Of a DNA stretch of 64,000 nucleotides, positions 26,083 through 40,158 are shown in pieces. Numbering within the stretch: position 1 is the stretch's first letter; every line of letters begins with the position of its first letter. Below the pieces are notes generated by a model, which ran no database searches, was not told the origin of the DNA, and saw nothing but the letters and a program-made list of their open reading frames with translations. The stretch lies in contig OZ024745.1 of assembly GCA_964016885.1 (NCBI GenBank), positions 123,194,001 to 123,258,000 on the forward strand. The letters are read 5' to 3'. Made by a program: the position numbers and the translations under genes. This DNA comes from Eledone cirrhosa (Eukaryota).

Positions 26083-26286
26083 ATAATTGTTTCTACTTTA
26101 GGCACAAGGCCAGCAATTACCCAGTGTATTACTGGTACTTTATTTTATCGACCCCGTAAGGATGAAAGGCAAAGTCAACCTCGGCGGGATTGACTTTGCC
26201 TTTCATCCTTACGGGGTCGATAAAATAAAGTACCAGTAATGCACTGGGTAATTGCTGGCCTTGTGCCTAAAGTAGAAACAATTATG
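26083..26286. mobile_element. Palindromic (head-to-head) SINE
   Basis: Two 3' halves of the Nin-like SINE forming ~95-bp near-perfect arms around CCTCGGCGGGA. Confidence 0.9.
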
Positions 26287-26381
26287 AAACAATATAATGA
26301 TACATAATGATACATTATATACAAAATATAATAATACATGATGTACATTCTTTGATGTACTCATTGAATCTTGTTTAACTC

Positions 26382-26473
<92 letters not shown>

Positions 26474-26477
<4 letters not shown>

Positions 26478-26582
26478 TGATAAGAAGATAGCCTGGAAGT
26501 GTCACTACGAGAGACTATTAAATGAGGAGAATAAATGGGAAAAAGATAGTCTGCCCAAAATCGATCCAATAGAAGGAACAGC
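26474..26582 (+). mobile_element. Isolated internal RTE fragment
   Basis: [34 protein letters not shown] matches 60911-61020. Confidence 0.9.
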
Positions 26583-27438
26583 GGTGGTAGTATTGCTGTT
26601 GTTGTTGTTGTTGGTGGTGATGGTGGTGGTGGTGGTGGCAGTGTTATTGTTGTTGTTGGTGGTGGTGTTGTTGTTGGTGGTGATGATTGTGGTGGTGGTG
26701 GTGGCAGTGTTATTGTTGTTGTTGTTGGTAGTGGTGTTGTTGTTGTTGGTGGTGGTGATGGTGGTTGTGGTGGTGGTGGTGATGGTGGTGTTCGTGATGG
26801 AGGTGGTATTGTTGTTGTTGGTGGTAGTTTTGTTGTTGTTGTGGTTGTTGGTGGTGATGATGGTTGTGGTGGTGGTGGTGGTGGTAGTGTTGCTGTTCTT
26901 GTTGGTGGTGGTGGTTGTGGTGGTGGTGGTGGCAGTGTTATTGTTGCTGTTGTTGTTGGTGATGGTGATGGTGATGGTGGTGTTGTTGCTGTTGTTGTTG
27001 GTGATGGTGGTGGCGGTGGTGGTGATGGTGGTGGTGTTGTTGGTAGTGGTGTTGTTGTTGGTAGTGGTGTTGTTGTTGTTGTTGGTGATGGTTTTGGTGA
27101 TGATGCTGGTGACAGTGGTGATGATGAAGATGTTGGTGATGGTGATAGTGATAGGGGTAATGACAGTGGTAGTGATGGGAGGTAACGATGATGATGATGA
27201 TGGAGGGGAGTTGTGGGAAGAGGATTATATATTCGCCAATTATAATTGCCATCCAACGCCAATAACAACAACAATAACATTTTAGTCAACATGTCCCTTT
27301 CTGGACAAATTATCTTACATCCATTACTACTACTACTACTTCTACTACAACTACTATTACTACTACTACTACTACTATCATTACTACTATTATTAATACT
27401 ACTACTACTACTACCACTACCACCACCACCACCACCAA

Positions 27439-27507
<69 letters not shown>

Positions 27508-27527
27508 CACTATTATTATTATTATTA
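26583..27527. repeat. (GGT/GTT/GAT)n and (TAC)n compound microsatellites
   Basis: Direct reading. Confidence 0.95.
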
Positions 27528-27749
27528 TACCCCTGGGTATAGGGGAATTTATTTTGTTATATTCATGCATAGTTTATTTTATATTTGTATCTCTTCATTG
27601 TTAAATTAGTCTTGCCATTGTGCACTTTTACTCGAACTTATTGTAAACCCCCACTGTCCCTGTCTTTGTATTGTCCCCTACATGTTGACCCGTGTGGCCA
27701 ATAAATGAAATCATTATTATTATTATTATTACTATTATTATTATTATTA

Positions 27750-28045
27750 TTGTTCTTTGAGTCTCAGTCATTGATGTTAGTTAACTGGAAAGTTTGTTGA
27801 AATGAATATCAAGCCGCTACCCGCAGCCTCAGATATTCCAAAAAGCGGGGCGGGACCAATTTTCTTTAACCATCCTTGGAAACTCTTTGAGATAGTACCT
27901 AGTGCGCCTATGACAATCGGGACCACTTTGACTTCATGGCAGTTCCAAATCCTTTTTACCTCCCACTTTAAGTCCTGGTATCGGTTAATTTTCTCCCTCT
28001 CCTTCTCTTGCACTCTCGTGTCGAATGGGCAGGCTACATCTACAA
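27750..28045 (-). mobile_element. R4/Dong-like non-LTR retrotransposon 3' end (restriction-like endonuclease) in (TAA)n
   Basis: Translates IVDVACPFDTRVQEKEREKINRYQDLKWEVKRIWNCHEVKVVPIVIGALGTI, typical of the RLE domain; flanked by (TAT)n on both sides. Confidence 0.8.
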
Positions 28046-28064
28046 TTATTATTATTATTATTAA

Positions 28065-28100
<36 letters not shown>

Positions 28101-28397
28101 AAAACACCTGCTTTTGACTGAAGCAAAACTTTGCATATAATATCTCTTGCTAATTAATAAATGCGCTCGTTGTATTATACGATGCAAATTAACTCCGATT
28201 TCCGTTGTATGCAAACAGATAAATCAGAGAAGAAGTATTTCCTTCCTTTTGTATATGTGACATTAAGGGAAAGCATTTGATACATCATGACACACTTCTA
28301 GGATTTGATAGAGCTGAGAGAGAGGAAGGATACTTGTAAAATTTCTACATAGATTTACTCTTCTTCATCTCTCTCTCTTTCTCTCTCTCTCTCCTTG

Positions 28398-28469
<72 letters not shown>

Positions 28470-28632
28470 AATTTAACTCTAAACCAGGGAAATTCTAAAC
28501 AGCTGACTGTCTGCAGAGTGTCGACCATTTCAGTAGAGTTATGAGATCATGTCTTGTTGCAGGCACAATCACGATATAATACCTGATTTTCTCAGCTGTT
28601 ATTTATAGCGATCAATTATTATTATTATTATA

Positions 28633-28674
<42 letters not shown>

Positions 28675-28679
28675 GTTGT

Positions 28680-28815
28680 TGTTCCTTGAATCTCAGTCAT
28701 TGATGTTAGTTAACTGGAAAGTTTGTTGAAATGAATATCAAGCTGCTACCTGCAGCCTCAGATATTCAGGACGTATCAGAGGGTTCTTGCTGTTCCCAGC
28801 AAGCATGCCTTTTAA
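28680..28815 (-). mobile_element. Second R4/Dong-like 3' fragment
   Basis: Shares TCTCAGTCATTGATGTTAGTTAACTGGAAAGTTTGTTGAAATGAATATCAAGC with 27762-27814; abuts (TAT)n. Confidence 0.75.
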
Positions 28816-29001
28816 GTCACCCACTTTATATATATAAATATATATGTGTGCATGTGTGTGTGTGTATGTGTGTATATATATATACATATACATATATATA
28901 TATATAAATATATATATATACATATACATATATAAATATACATATATATATATACACATATACATATATACATATGCATATATATATACATATACATATG
29001 C

Positions 29002-29034
<33 letters not shown>

Positions 29035-29089
29035 CATATGCATATATATATAAATATATATATATACATATGCATATATGTATATGAAA

Positions 29090-31988
29090 ATGAATATGAA
29101 TCCGCGAGTTACCAAGCACCCATGTGAAGCTTTAATTCAGAGACAGGAAGTATACACACACCCGCAAAAATTTACCCTTTCCCACGAATGTTGACAAATG
29201 TCCAAAATTCAGAGTTGGAACCATCAATGTAAGCACAATGAAAGGAGGAGCAGGAGAAATCGTAGAGATGCTAGAACGAAAGGAAATTGATGTATGCTGT
29301 GTGCAAGCGACTAGATGGAGAGGAGAGTCTGCTAGAGTCCTTGTAGGAAAAAGTCAGTGCTTCAAATTTTTATGGGTGGGAAATGACGATGAGATGGGTG
29401 GTGTAGGTAACCTACTAGCTGACAAATGGGTAGATAAGGGTGAATGCAGGAATCATTAAATTACCACAATAATATCAGCTTACGCACCCCAATCGGGGTT
29501 GCCAGATGAACTTAAAGATAGGTTTTACGAGTCCCTAATGCACACTACTGCTCTAACAAACGAGAATGACTTCCTAATCATTGCAGGAGATTTTAACGGA
29601 CACGTAGATAAACACCGTGACAGCTTCTATAAAGTCCATGGCGGCCACGGGGTTGGCACAAGAAATGAAGAAGGATTCAGGCTTCTAGAATTCTGTGATG
29701 CCAATGACATGTTGATATGTAACACAAACTTCAAAAAAACCAACAACCATCTGATCACCTATTCTAGTCAAATAGATTTTATCCTCATCTGAAGATGTGA
29801 CAGATGGATGGTCGTAAACACAAAAGCCTTCCCTAGTACCTCCCTACATAATTTAGTTGTCAACGACCTCACGGTCAGAACTAGATGAACCTGGAAACAG
29901 AAGCCAACCTGGAGAAAAAAGATTTGGAAGCTGAAAGACCCCTCAGCCAGTAACAGATTTAAAGATATTTTACTCGACGCCTATGACAGTAAAGTGCTGA
30001 GAAGAAAGATGCATGGAAGAGCCATTATGAAAGATTACTAAATGAGGAGAATGCATGGGAAGAAGAAACCCTACCCCAAGTAAACCCTATAGAGGGAAGG
30101 CAACCGGCCCATCGGGTATAGCTGCCAAGATGCTGAAGGCATCTGGGTCGGTAGGTCACAGCATAACCACACGTATTGTTAACCAGGTAATACTAGAAGG
30201 TGTCATACCAAAGGATTGTTGCAGCAGCATCGTTGTCAATTGCTACAAGGGTAAAGGTGATGCACTAGATAGAGGAAACTATAGAGGTATAAAGCTGATG
30301 GACCAGGTCATGAAAGTAACAGAAAGAGTTATAGCACAGTTGATTAGGAACCGGGTGAAACTAGATGAGATGCAATTTGGGTTTGTGCCAGGAAGAGGCA
30401 CCACTGATGCCCTCTTCCTTGTGAGGCAGTTACAGGAAAAGTACCTAGCTAAAAGTAAGCTGCTCTACCTGGCATTAGTCGATCTCAAGAAAGACTTTGA
30501 CAGAGTTCCCCGTGCTATAATCTGGTGGGCTCTTAGAAAACTAGGAGTAGATGAATGGCTTGTGAAAGCTGTACAAGCCATGTATAGAGGAGCAGTCAGC
30601 AAAGTTAGGATTAGCAATGACTACAGCAAGGAATTTAGCATACAGGTCAGTGTCCACCAGGGCTCTCTTCTTAGCCCTCTCCTGTTCATCATAGTTTTGC
30701 AGACAATAACGGAGGAGTTTAAGGCCAGATGCCCATGGCAACTCCTGTATGCAGATGACCTTGCACTTATAGCTGAATCTATGGTAGAACTAGAGAAGAA
30801 ATTCCAAACTTGGAAGCAGGGACTAGAAAGAAAGGGTCTCAAAGTCAACTTGACAAAGAGTAAGGTCCTTGTAAGTAGACGAGAAAACAGAACCCAGATC
30901 TCCTCAGGGAAATGGCCTTGTTCAGTATGTAGGAAAGGTGTAGGTAGGAACTCCATTCTCTACCCCAAATGCAAACAATGGGTACACAAGAGATGTAGTG
31001 GGATCTCAGGAAGCTTAACTAAAAATGTAGGCTTCACATGTAGCAGCTGTGCTGGGACAGCAAGCAGCAAACAGCCACAGGAAACAAGTACCACCAAACT
31101 CTGGGAGGGCTCTGTAGAAACAGTAGACAGCTTCTGCTACCTAGGTGACCGAATTAGCAGCGGAGGTGGGTGTTTGGAAAGTACAATAACTAGGGTAAGA
31201 ACGGGATAGAAGAAGTTCAGGGAGCTACTGCCACTGCTAGCTGCAAAAGGCTTTTCCCTCAAAATGAAAGGCAGACTGTATGATGCGTGTATACGAACAG
31301 CAATGTTACATGGTAGTGAGACCTGGGCGCTGTCTGTGGAAGAGTTGCATAGATTAGAAAGAAATGAAGCCAGCATACTCTGATGGATGTGTAATAGTAA
31401 TATACGCGAACGGCAAAGCATAAACGAATTGAGAGAGAGCCTGAGCATAAGAGGAATCAAATGCTGTGTGCAGGAGAGGCAGTTGCATTGGTATGGACAT
31501 GTGATGCGTATGAAGGATGACAGCTGCATAAAAAGGTGCAGAGCACGAGAAGTCGATGGAAACCGCGGAGTGGGGAGACCAAAGAAGACCTGGGATGAGG
31601 TGATAAAAGCCAACCTTACCCAATTACACCTCTCAAAGGTGATGACACATGACTGTGACCTCTGGCGTCACGCAGTAATACAGAAGACCCGACCCCCCAT
31701 GGGTACAAGCCGAAGCTGAAGCATATAGACAATATGCCTCCACACCCTCCCACTGCAAAGTGGTCGTGGAGGTGCTACGGCAAAAAAGCACCCAGCCCAC
31801 ACTGTAAAGTGGACGTGTAGGCGCCACGGAAAAAAAACACCCAGCACTCATTGTAAATGAGGTTGGTGTTAGGAAGGGCATCCAGCTGTAGATATCAAGC
31901 CAGAATCAGTTCCCGTATGAGCAAGGCATGGTCAGCCTGTCTAACCCATACTAGCGTGGAAGAACGGACATAAAACGGTGATGATGAT
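29090..31988 (+). mobile_element. Decayed, near full-span RTE LINE (APE + RT + Cys-rich insert)
   Basis: ORF pieces 29238-29459, 29499-29792, 30055-31209 (YADD) and 31387-31719 are homologous to 59851-62694, with stops and deletions; 3' UTR and GAT tail. Confidence 0.92.
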
Positions 31989-32349
31989 ATATGCATATAA
32001 ATAAATAAATATATATATATATGGAAGTGGACGTTAAACGAGCATGATGATGATGATGATACATATGCATATATATATATTTGTTAGCGAGGTTTTTGAT
32101 GTGAAATCGTGTGTTGAAACAGATATTGTTATACTTGGGGAGGGTCATATTGTTGTAATAATATTGCCGGAAATAATAACAGAACACACTCACTGTTTGG
32201 TTGGTTTTCGCTTCTGTATCTTTTATATCTCCACAGTTAATTCATTTGGTCCTCAATGACTGACCAACGGTCAAAAATACAGAGACTATATATACATGTG
32301 TTTATATCTGTATTATATCTGTATTTTTGACTGTTGGTCAGTCAATGAA

Positions 32350-33177
32350 AAGTCACACTCGTTCAGCGCTGAACGAGTGTGACTTTTCAGTCCAGCCAGC
32401 GACTTGAAAACTCTGGTACAAACACTACACTTGTGACAATTACTGACACATAGTGCTGGGCCCATACATACATACATACATACATACACACATATAAATC
32501 TACATACATACATATATTTATATATATATATAAATCTACATACATACATACATATATATATATATATAAATCTACATGGTGGCTGCCAACTCGTTTTCGA
32601 GTATGGCCACTACTTTATATCCATGTAGGAGGACCCCTACCGATGCGCTGAACAAGTGTGACTTTTTAGTCCAGCCAGCGACTTGAAATCTCTGGTACAA
32701 ACACTACACTTGTGACAATTATTGACACATAGTGCTGGTATCATGTGATGACAAGTGCAGAGAGATCTCCAGATATAAAGCAATGCCTGTGCCGTGAAGC
32801 TTTTATAGTGAGCAAAGGCACTGCACAAAGCCAGTCCCACTCTCTTAACCAAGATGATATTTACCAAAAAGAAGAACAAGTCAACATCATTGGATACCAT
32901 CAGGGTTGCAGGTGTTATATCAGAGTTTTCCTTCTCCTAGAATTCTGCCTTGACAAAGGCTAAGGGGTCATCTCTCCCGGTGATTTTGGATAGCCATTGA
33001 CTCTTAAGAGCTCCTTTGCCCTTTGACATGTTTTGTTTTTAGTCCTTCAGGATGTCCAAAGTCACCCTCCTCACCAAGAAACCTTGGTGGGATGGCCAGT
33101 TTAGTCGCCAACGACCCGACCATGAGACAGGTTGTACTGGGATACATGTTACTAGTAGCACCAACTGGTGACCTGAC
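32350..33177 (-). mobile_element. Internally deleted (bipartite) RTE-derived non-autonomous element
   Basis: Minus strand has the RTE 5'-UTR-type motif GGAGAAGGAAAACTCTGA joined to a C2H2-like C-terminal peptide CSVCTRDFKSLAGLKSHT; also at 57640-58033, and related to 18095-18180. Confidence 0.6.
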
Positions 33178-33369
33178 ATAAATCTACATACATATATACA
33201 TACATACATTTACGTATGTATATAGCTATACATTTGTATATATACATGCATTTATATTTAAGTGTGTAAGGTTATATATCCTCTTTGGATCTTAGTCTTC
33301 AAATTTATTATTATTACTATTATTACTATATATATATATATGTGTGTGTGTGTATAATATATATATATT

Positions 33370-33440
<71 letters not shown>

Positions 33441-33802
33441 GTGTGACAAGAAGGTTGTTTCCCAACCACATATTTCCGGGTTCAGTCCCACTGCCCGGTC
33501 AGACCAAAGCCCTGTGAGTGGATTTGATAGATCGAAACTAAAAGAAGCCCGTCGTATATATGTGTATATGTCTGTGTGTGTCTTTGCGTTTGTGTTTGCC
33601 CTCCTACCAATGCTTGTTGGTTTGTTGACGTCCCCATAACATACCAAGGTGATGCTCCAGCATGGGCGTAGTCCAGAGACAGAAAAAAAGTAAAATATAT
33701 ATGTGTGTGTGTGTCTCAAACTCAAGGACACAAAAGGGCTATTACGTCCTGGAGGAGAGGTACAGTAGGCCAAACGTGGTGGTGGGTGAACATTTTCACC
33801 AG

Positions 33803-34024
33803 TTATAATCATTTCTACTATAGGCACAACGCATGAAATTTTGGGTTTAGGGTTCAGTCGATTCCATCGATCCTAGTACACAACTGGTACTTAATTCATC
33901 GACCCCAAAAGGATGTAAGGCAAAGTTGAGATCGGCGGAATTTGAACTCAGAACGTAAAAACGGAAGACGTACCGTTAAGCATTTCGCCAGATGTGCTAA
34001 CGATTCCACCAGCTCGCCACCTTA
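33803..34024 (-). mobile_element. tRNA-derived SINE (Nin-domain-like subfamily)
   Basis: Reverse-complement B box and Nin-like core; flanking direct repeat TTCACCAGTTATAAT. Confidence 0.75.
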
Positions 34025-34196
34025 TGTTCACCAGTTATAATGCGATATGAAATATTGGTTCTACCACGGGCCACAGATAAGTAGTCGCGGGCCGCATGTG
34101 TGAGCCCCCTGTTGGAGATAGATAGATAGATAGATAGATGTGTACCAAACACACACACATTTCTTACTCTCTCTGTCCCTCCCTCTTTCTCTCTTC

Positions 34197-34268
<72 letters not shown>

Positions 34269-34769
34269 AGCGTTGTTATTTGGCGGTGTTGAAAAGAGCA
34301 GTGGCCTTTGACCTGGCAATAAAAAAACTGTAGACAAAATTCTTTCTGTACCCAAACCAAGGCACACACACACACACAAGTTTGTGTGTGTGTATGTATA
34401 TGTGTGTGTGTGTGTATTTTATTTTGCTACGAGGTATTTTATTTTGCAAGGTACTATTTTTCCCCTGAGTTTGTGATTTCAGAGAAAGGTAAGAAATTCT
34501 TCATATTTTACATTTTTGTATTTTGACTTTACAGTTTGAATTGTAGAATTGTTTATCCAATCAAAATATTATAACAGCTAACAGTGAAATATAGAATTAA
34601 AAAAAAAAAAGCTTTTTCGACTGAAATCAAGTCTTTGAGAACATTCACGTCTATTTTTCAAAAATATATAATTTGAAATAGTTTGCTTTTGTTTTGGACT
34701 GAAACTTTTTTTGTATTTAATTCGTACGGGTATTTTTTAAAGATCTTTTTAAAGATTCTAACATAACTT

Positions 34770-36216
34770 GATTTGGCCCATTATGTGCACTGCGGCATTC
34801 ATATTTCTCAACTTATTATAACTAAGTCTGTACAACAAGCTTCACTTTTCAAAAATGTTCTAGGTTACGTGAATGAATTGCAGAAACTATATAGTACATC
34901 AGGAAAATTTAAGCAAGCGTATTTATCACAACATGATGAAGAAAATGAAGTATCGTCACCACGCTCCTTAACACCTATGTGCCCTACTCGATGGCTAACA
35001 CGACTTTCTGCAGTCAAAGCCCTTCTTGACAATTATTCAGATGTCCCCATTTCTTTACAAGAGGCAACAAATGAGTTTGGTACCAACATTGCATCTAGAG
35101 CTAATGTTATTCTTACGTGTCACTCTCCGGGCCAATGTGTTCTTGGATTGTACGTTGTAGTTCCATTACTTCAATTCCTTGAAGGATTGAACAAATCTTT
35201 TCAAAGTACCACCTCCAATCTAGCTAGCATGTTGCATCGTGTCAAACTTGTGCAGGAGGAGCTAAAAAAATCTACGCAGTGAAGAAAAATTTCAGGAGCT
35301 GTTCAATACGGCAGAAAAAATGATTTATCAACTCGATATTTCTCCTTTGGAGCTACCCAGGCAACGAAAAGTTCCTAAAAGATACCAGGAAGGAAATGCG
35401 TTAAAATATCAACACTGCACTACTTTGGATCATTACAGATCCAAAGTAGTGCAGTATTTGCAGGTAGCGGATACTGCAATATCAAATTTGAAAGATTTTT
35501 TTTTTTTCACAGGATTTAGCAGATTATGAAAGACTGAGCAATATTTTACTCAATGGAAATGTTTGTGCTGAAGTGATCATGCAGTATCCAGAGATTGATG
35601 AATTTTCTTTAAGGAACGAAATACTTTTTTATAGAAATCATCATAGTGGATCATCTCTCGAGGATCATCGTAAAATATTCGGTGAAATGCAACCAGAAGT
35701 CCGTCGCATGTTTCTAAATGTTGAGTGATTGCTCAGGCTACTTTTAATGTTTCCAACCAGTTCTTGTGAAGCTGAAAGATCTTTTAGCGCTCTGCAGAGA
35801 CTCAAAACTTGGTTGCGGTCGACCATGACTCAGCAAAGGTTGAATCATATTCTAATATGCCACGTTCATAAAGATGTTTTGAAAAGGATTAGTTGTGAAG
35901 AAGTTGCTAAATTATTTATTGACAGCAATGATGCGAGATATGATACATTTGGAAAGTTCTAAAAGACAATAAATTTACTTTATATGATTTTTATTCAAAC
36001 GTCTATGTTTTATTTTTTGTTTATTTGATATAATAAATACTTTTTAAGCTTATTTTTTTTTATATCTGAACTTTATTTGAATATATAAAATTTAATTAGC
36101 ATAAAGAAATTTTTACTTATGTGATAGGGTTCAGGAAAGACACCATAAGTAATACTAAAATGCTCCAACAAATGTTGGTTTGTCCCCTCACATTTTTAAG
36201 GCAAACGAAGCCCCTG
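34770..36216 (+). mobile_element. hAT transposase pseudogene with putative 3' TIR
   Basis: Motifs YVHC..H, CPTRW and the hAT dimerisation domain PTSSCEAERSFSALQRLKTWLRSTMTQQRLNHILICHVH; stops and frameshifts; ends ...AAGCCCCTG. Confidence 0.88.
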
Positions 36217-37146
36217 GAAAAGAGCAACATTATTCACTAACCCGTTCATCACCGTGATCGGCTTGACCTCGATACTTCAGCTCATTCTTACTAACATTAG
36301 GTTTGCTTGACCCCATCATATCTTCATTGCATTTCCACATCATTTATTCTATAACTCGGTTGTTGCTATTCCTATATAAACTGACTGTTTATACTACGAT
36401 CAAGTCTTGTTATAGCCTTGGGTTTAAGGAAGTGCTTTTGTAGTCTTCAACAGTTATCCATTATTTGTCTCACTAGCTCCTTTTGATTACCAACTGTAAA
36501 GAGTACTCAATACTTCACCTAGTCTGTCATGGCTTACTAGCTCTATATGAACATTTAAATTGAATAGATACATAAATAAATAGATATAAAGACGCTACTT
36601 TTTTCGTAAAATGAGTCTAAAAAATCTACCATGCATCCTTGAGGTCAAAGGTTGTTTATTATTTCTTTTCAAATTTTTGGCTGTCAAAATTAGGGTGCGT
36701 CCTCAAAGATAAAGTATCTTCGGCGCCGGGAAATACAGTAGATAAATTTATAAGTGGTTTATATATTTTTATTTTCTGATTTTTATACTTAGAAAATGAT
36801 ATATGCAGGGATGTTTTCAGTCCATCTTTAATTTTTATCATGCTTTAATTCCATATTTTATCTTCCTATAATGAAAATAGATATTTTATCCATTGATATT
36901 TACTGTGATTGGTGAAATAAATGTCAAATAAATATAATGATTTAACTCCACCAATACTCTTGCTTTGTTATTTACTATTCATGCTCTGTGATGTTACATA
37001 TGTGTAATTATTGGAATTTACCCTCTGAATCATACCTGGGATGTATTTTCTTTGCATAATTGTGGATTATACTAACACATCAATAAAATAGATCTCTCTA
37101 CTTCTTAATCTCGTTTATATATATAAGATTTATTCACTATCCTCAT

Positions 37147-37220
37147 AGAACTCATAACATTAAGTTCATATGTAGATATGTCACTATCTGTAAACCAATT
37201 ATTGTATTTTATCTGACGAT
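37147..37220 (+). repeat. Family A pLTR fragment broken just after the hammerhead CTGACGA core
   Basis: TAGAACTC..TAAGTTC..TATGTCACTATCTGT..TTGTATTTTATCTGACGA matches 3059-3133. Confidence 0.6.
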
Positions 37221-37415
37221 AGCGAACCACAGCGAGAGGAAAAAGATATATGTGAATGAAAATGGCGTGCTGCGTTGTTGCGAATATGAACATATGAATG
37301 AAAATAGACCGAGAAACATGAATGTCCATCTTCAGTAGTCTGCTGATTATCATTGATAAATATATATATAAATATATACATATTTAGATATATATATATA
37401 CAAATATATATATAA

Positions 37416-37445
<30 letters not shown>

Positions 37446-37446
<1 letters not shown>

Positions 37447-37681
37447 ATAAATGTAATCGGAGTTTTTCGAATATTAATAATAGCATTCGATTCGTTTGCA
37501 ATTATGCCAGCAAACCTCAATTTTATAGCCATGTCAGTAGAATGAACCCTTCATTATTGCTCTTGTGCAAGAATGAATGGTTCATTCTACTGACATGGCT
37601 ATAAAATTGAGGCGTGTTTGCATAATTGCAAACGAATCGAATGTTATTATTAATATTCGAAAAAGTCAGATTACATTTATT
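37446..37681. repeat. Long fold-back (about 110-bp arms) beside (TA)n
   Basis: AATAAATGTAATC...GTAGAATGAACC / GGTTCATTCTAC...GATTACATTTATT. Confidence 0.85.
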
Positions 37682-37886
37682 GTATTCAGCCATGTGGCTT
37701 GATTTGGTTTTTGGCTTGGGTGGTTAATGCCTTCTTGACCACCTTTTCAATTTTGTATGGCTTCTTAACACATTGTTTAGCTCTGGTTTTTAACTATTGA
37801 GCACTTTGCCAGTATCATTTCTGATTTTTGCGTTTCGTTTCGCTTCGCTTCTCCTGCCCGCCGCCGAAATGCGATTCTCGTTGAAT

Positions 37887-37951
<65 letters not shown>

Positions 37952-37961
37952 AATATATCTA

Positions 37962-39244
<1,283 letters not shown>

Positions 39245-39878
39245 TATATATATATATATATAAATATATATATATAAACATATATATATATATATATATG
39301 AAAATATGGGTGAGAAGAATACTGCTGGTTGCACATGGATAACATGTTATAAAATGAGTCCCTCATCAGTGATTTACCAAACGATCATGGGTATTTCATT
39401 GCAATATATATATATATATATCACGATAAATTAACGGAGGCATAGGCCCTCGCTATTCCCTTTAAATAATGTGCCCAAAGGAGAAGAAATCCTGAGCTCT
39501 TTAAAATACAATATGTTGAAAAGGTAACACACCTATATATCTATACAGTGCGTTATCAATAAAACAGGGGAAAACCCCACCAGTGTATGGAATCTATAAC
39601 CTATGAAAGGCAGACTATAGACACGATAATAAAAAAAAATATATATATAAATATACATATATATATATACACATATATATATACATATATATATACACAT
39701 ATATATACACACATCAATAATTTTCCTTGTGAATAAACCAGTTTTCACTAGAAAAATTTTTTTAAATTTCTGCCACTACCCACTCTTCTCAATCTTTCTA
39801 TTTCTTATTTAATTTCTTATTCTATTTTCTAATGAAGGATTGTACTGTGTCGTTTGCTTGTTAATTCTGTTTGCCTTT

Positions 39879-39961
<83 letters not shown>

Positions 39962-40158
39962 ATGAAAAATGGCGTGCTGCATTGTTGCGGATGTGATACA
40001 TATGAATTTTTTAAAAAAGTAAGAAGCCAGGACTATCCATCATCAGAAGCCAGGACTGGCCATCATAGGTATTTTTTCGCATTAAAGATCATATACCTCA
40101 GGTTCGCGAACCGATTAAGTACATACCCAACAATACTAACTCCTTTAAATATAATAAT

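Noticed and set aside
26371-27292. About 305-aa Val/Leu and Pro/Thr ORFs
   Set aside because: Microsatellite read-through plus a short RTE fragment
32637-32963. Conserved small ORFs repeated at 57232-57974 as a gene family
   Set aside because: Identity is due to repeat copies; no coding signature beyond the LINE C-terminal remnant
34065-34110. 5' end of the hAT element
   Set aside because: GCGGGCCGCATG...CCCCCTG looks like the 3' end of a separate hAT MITE; no 5' TIR matching 36198-36216 was found
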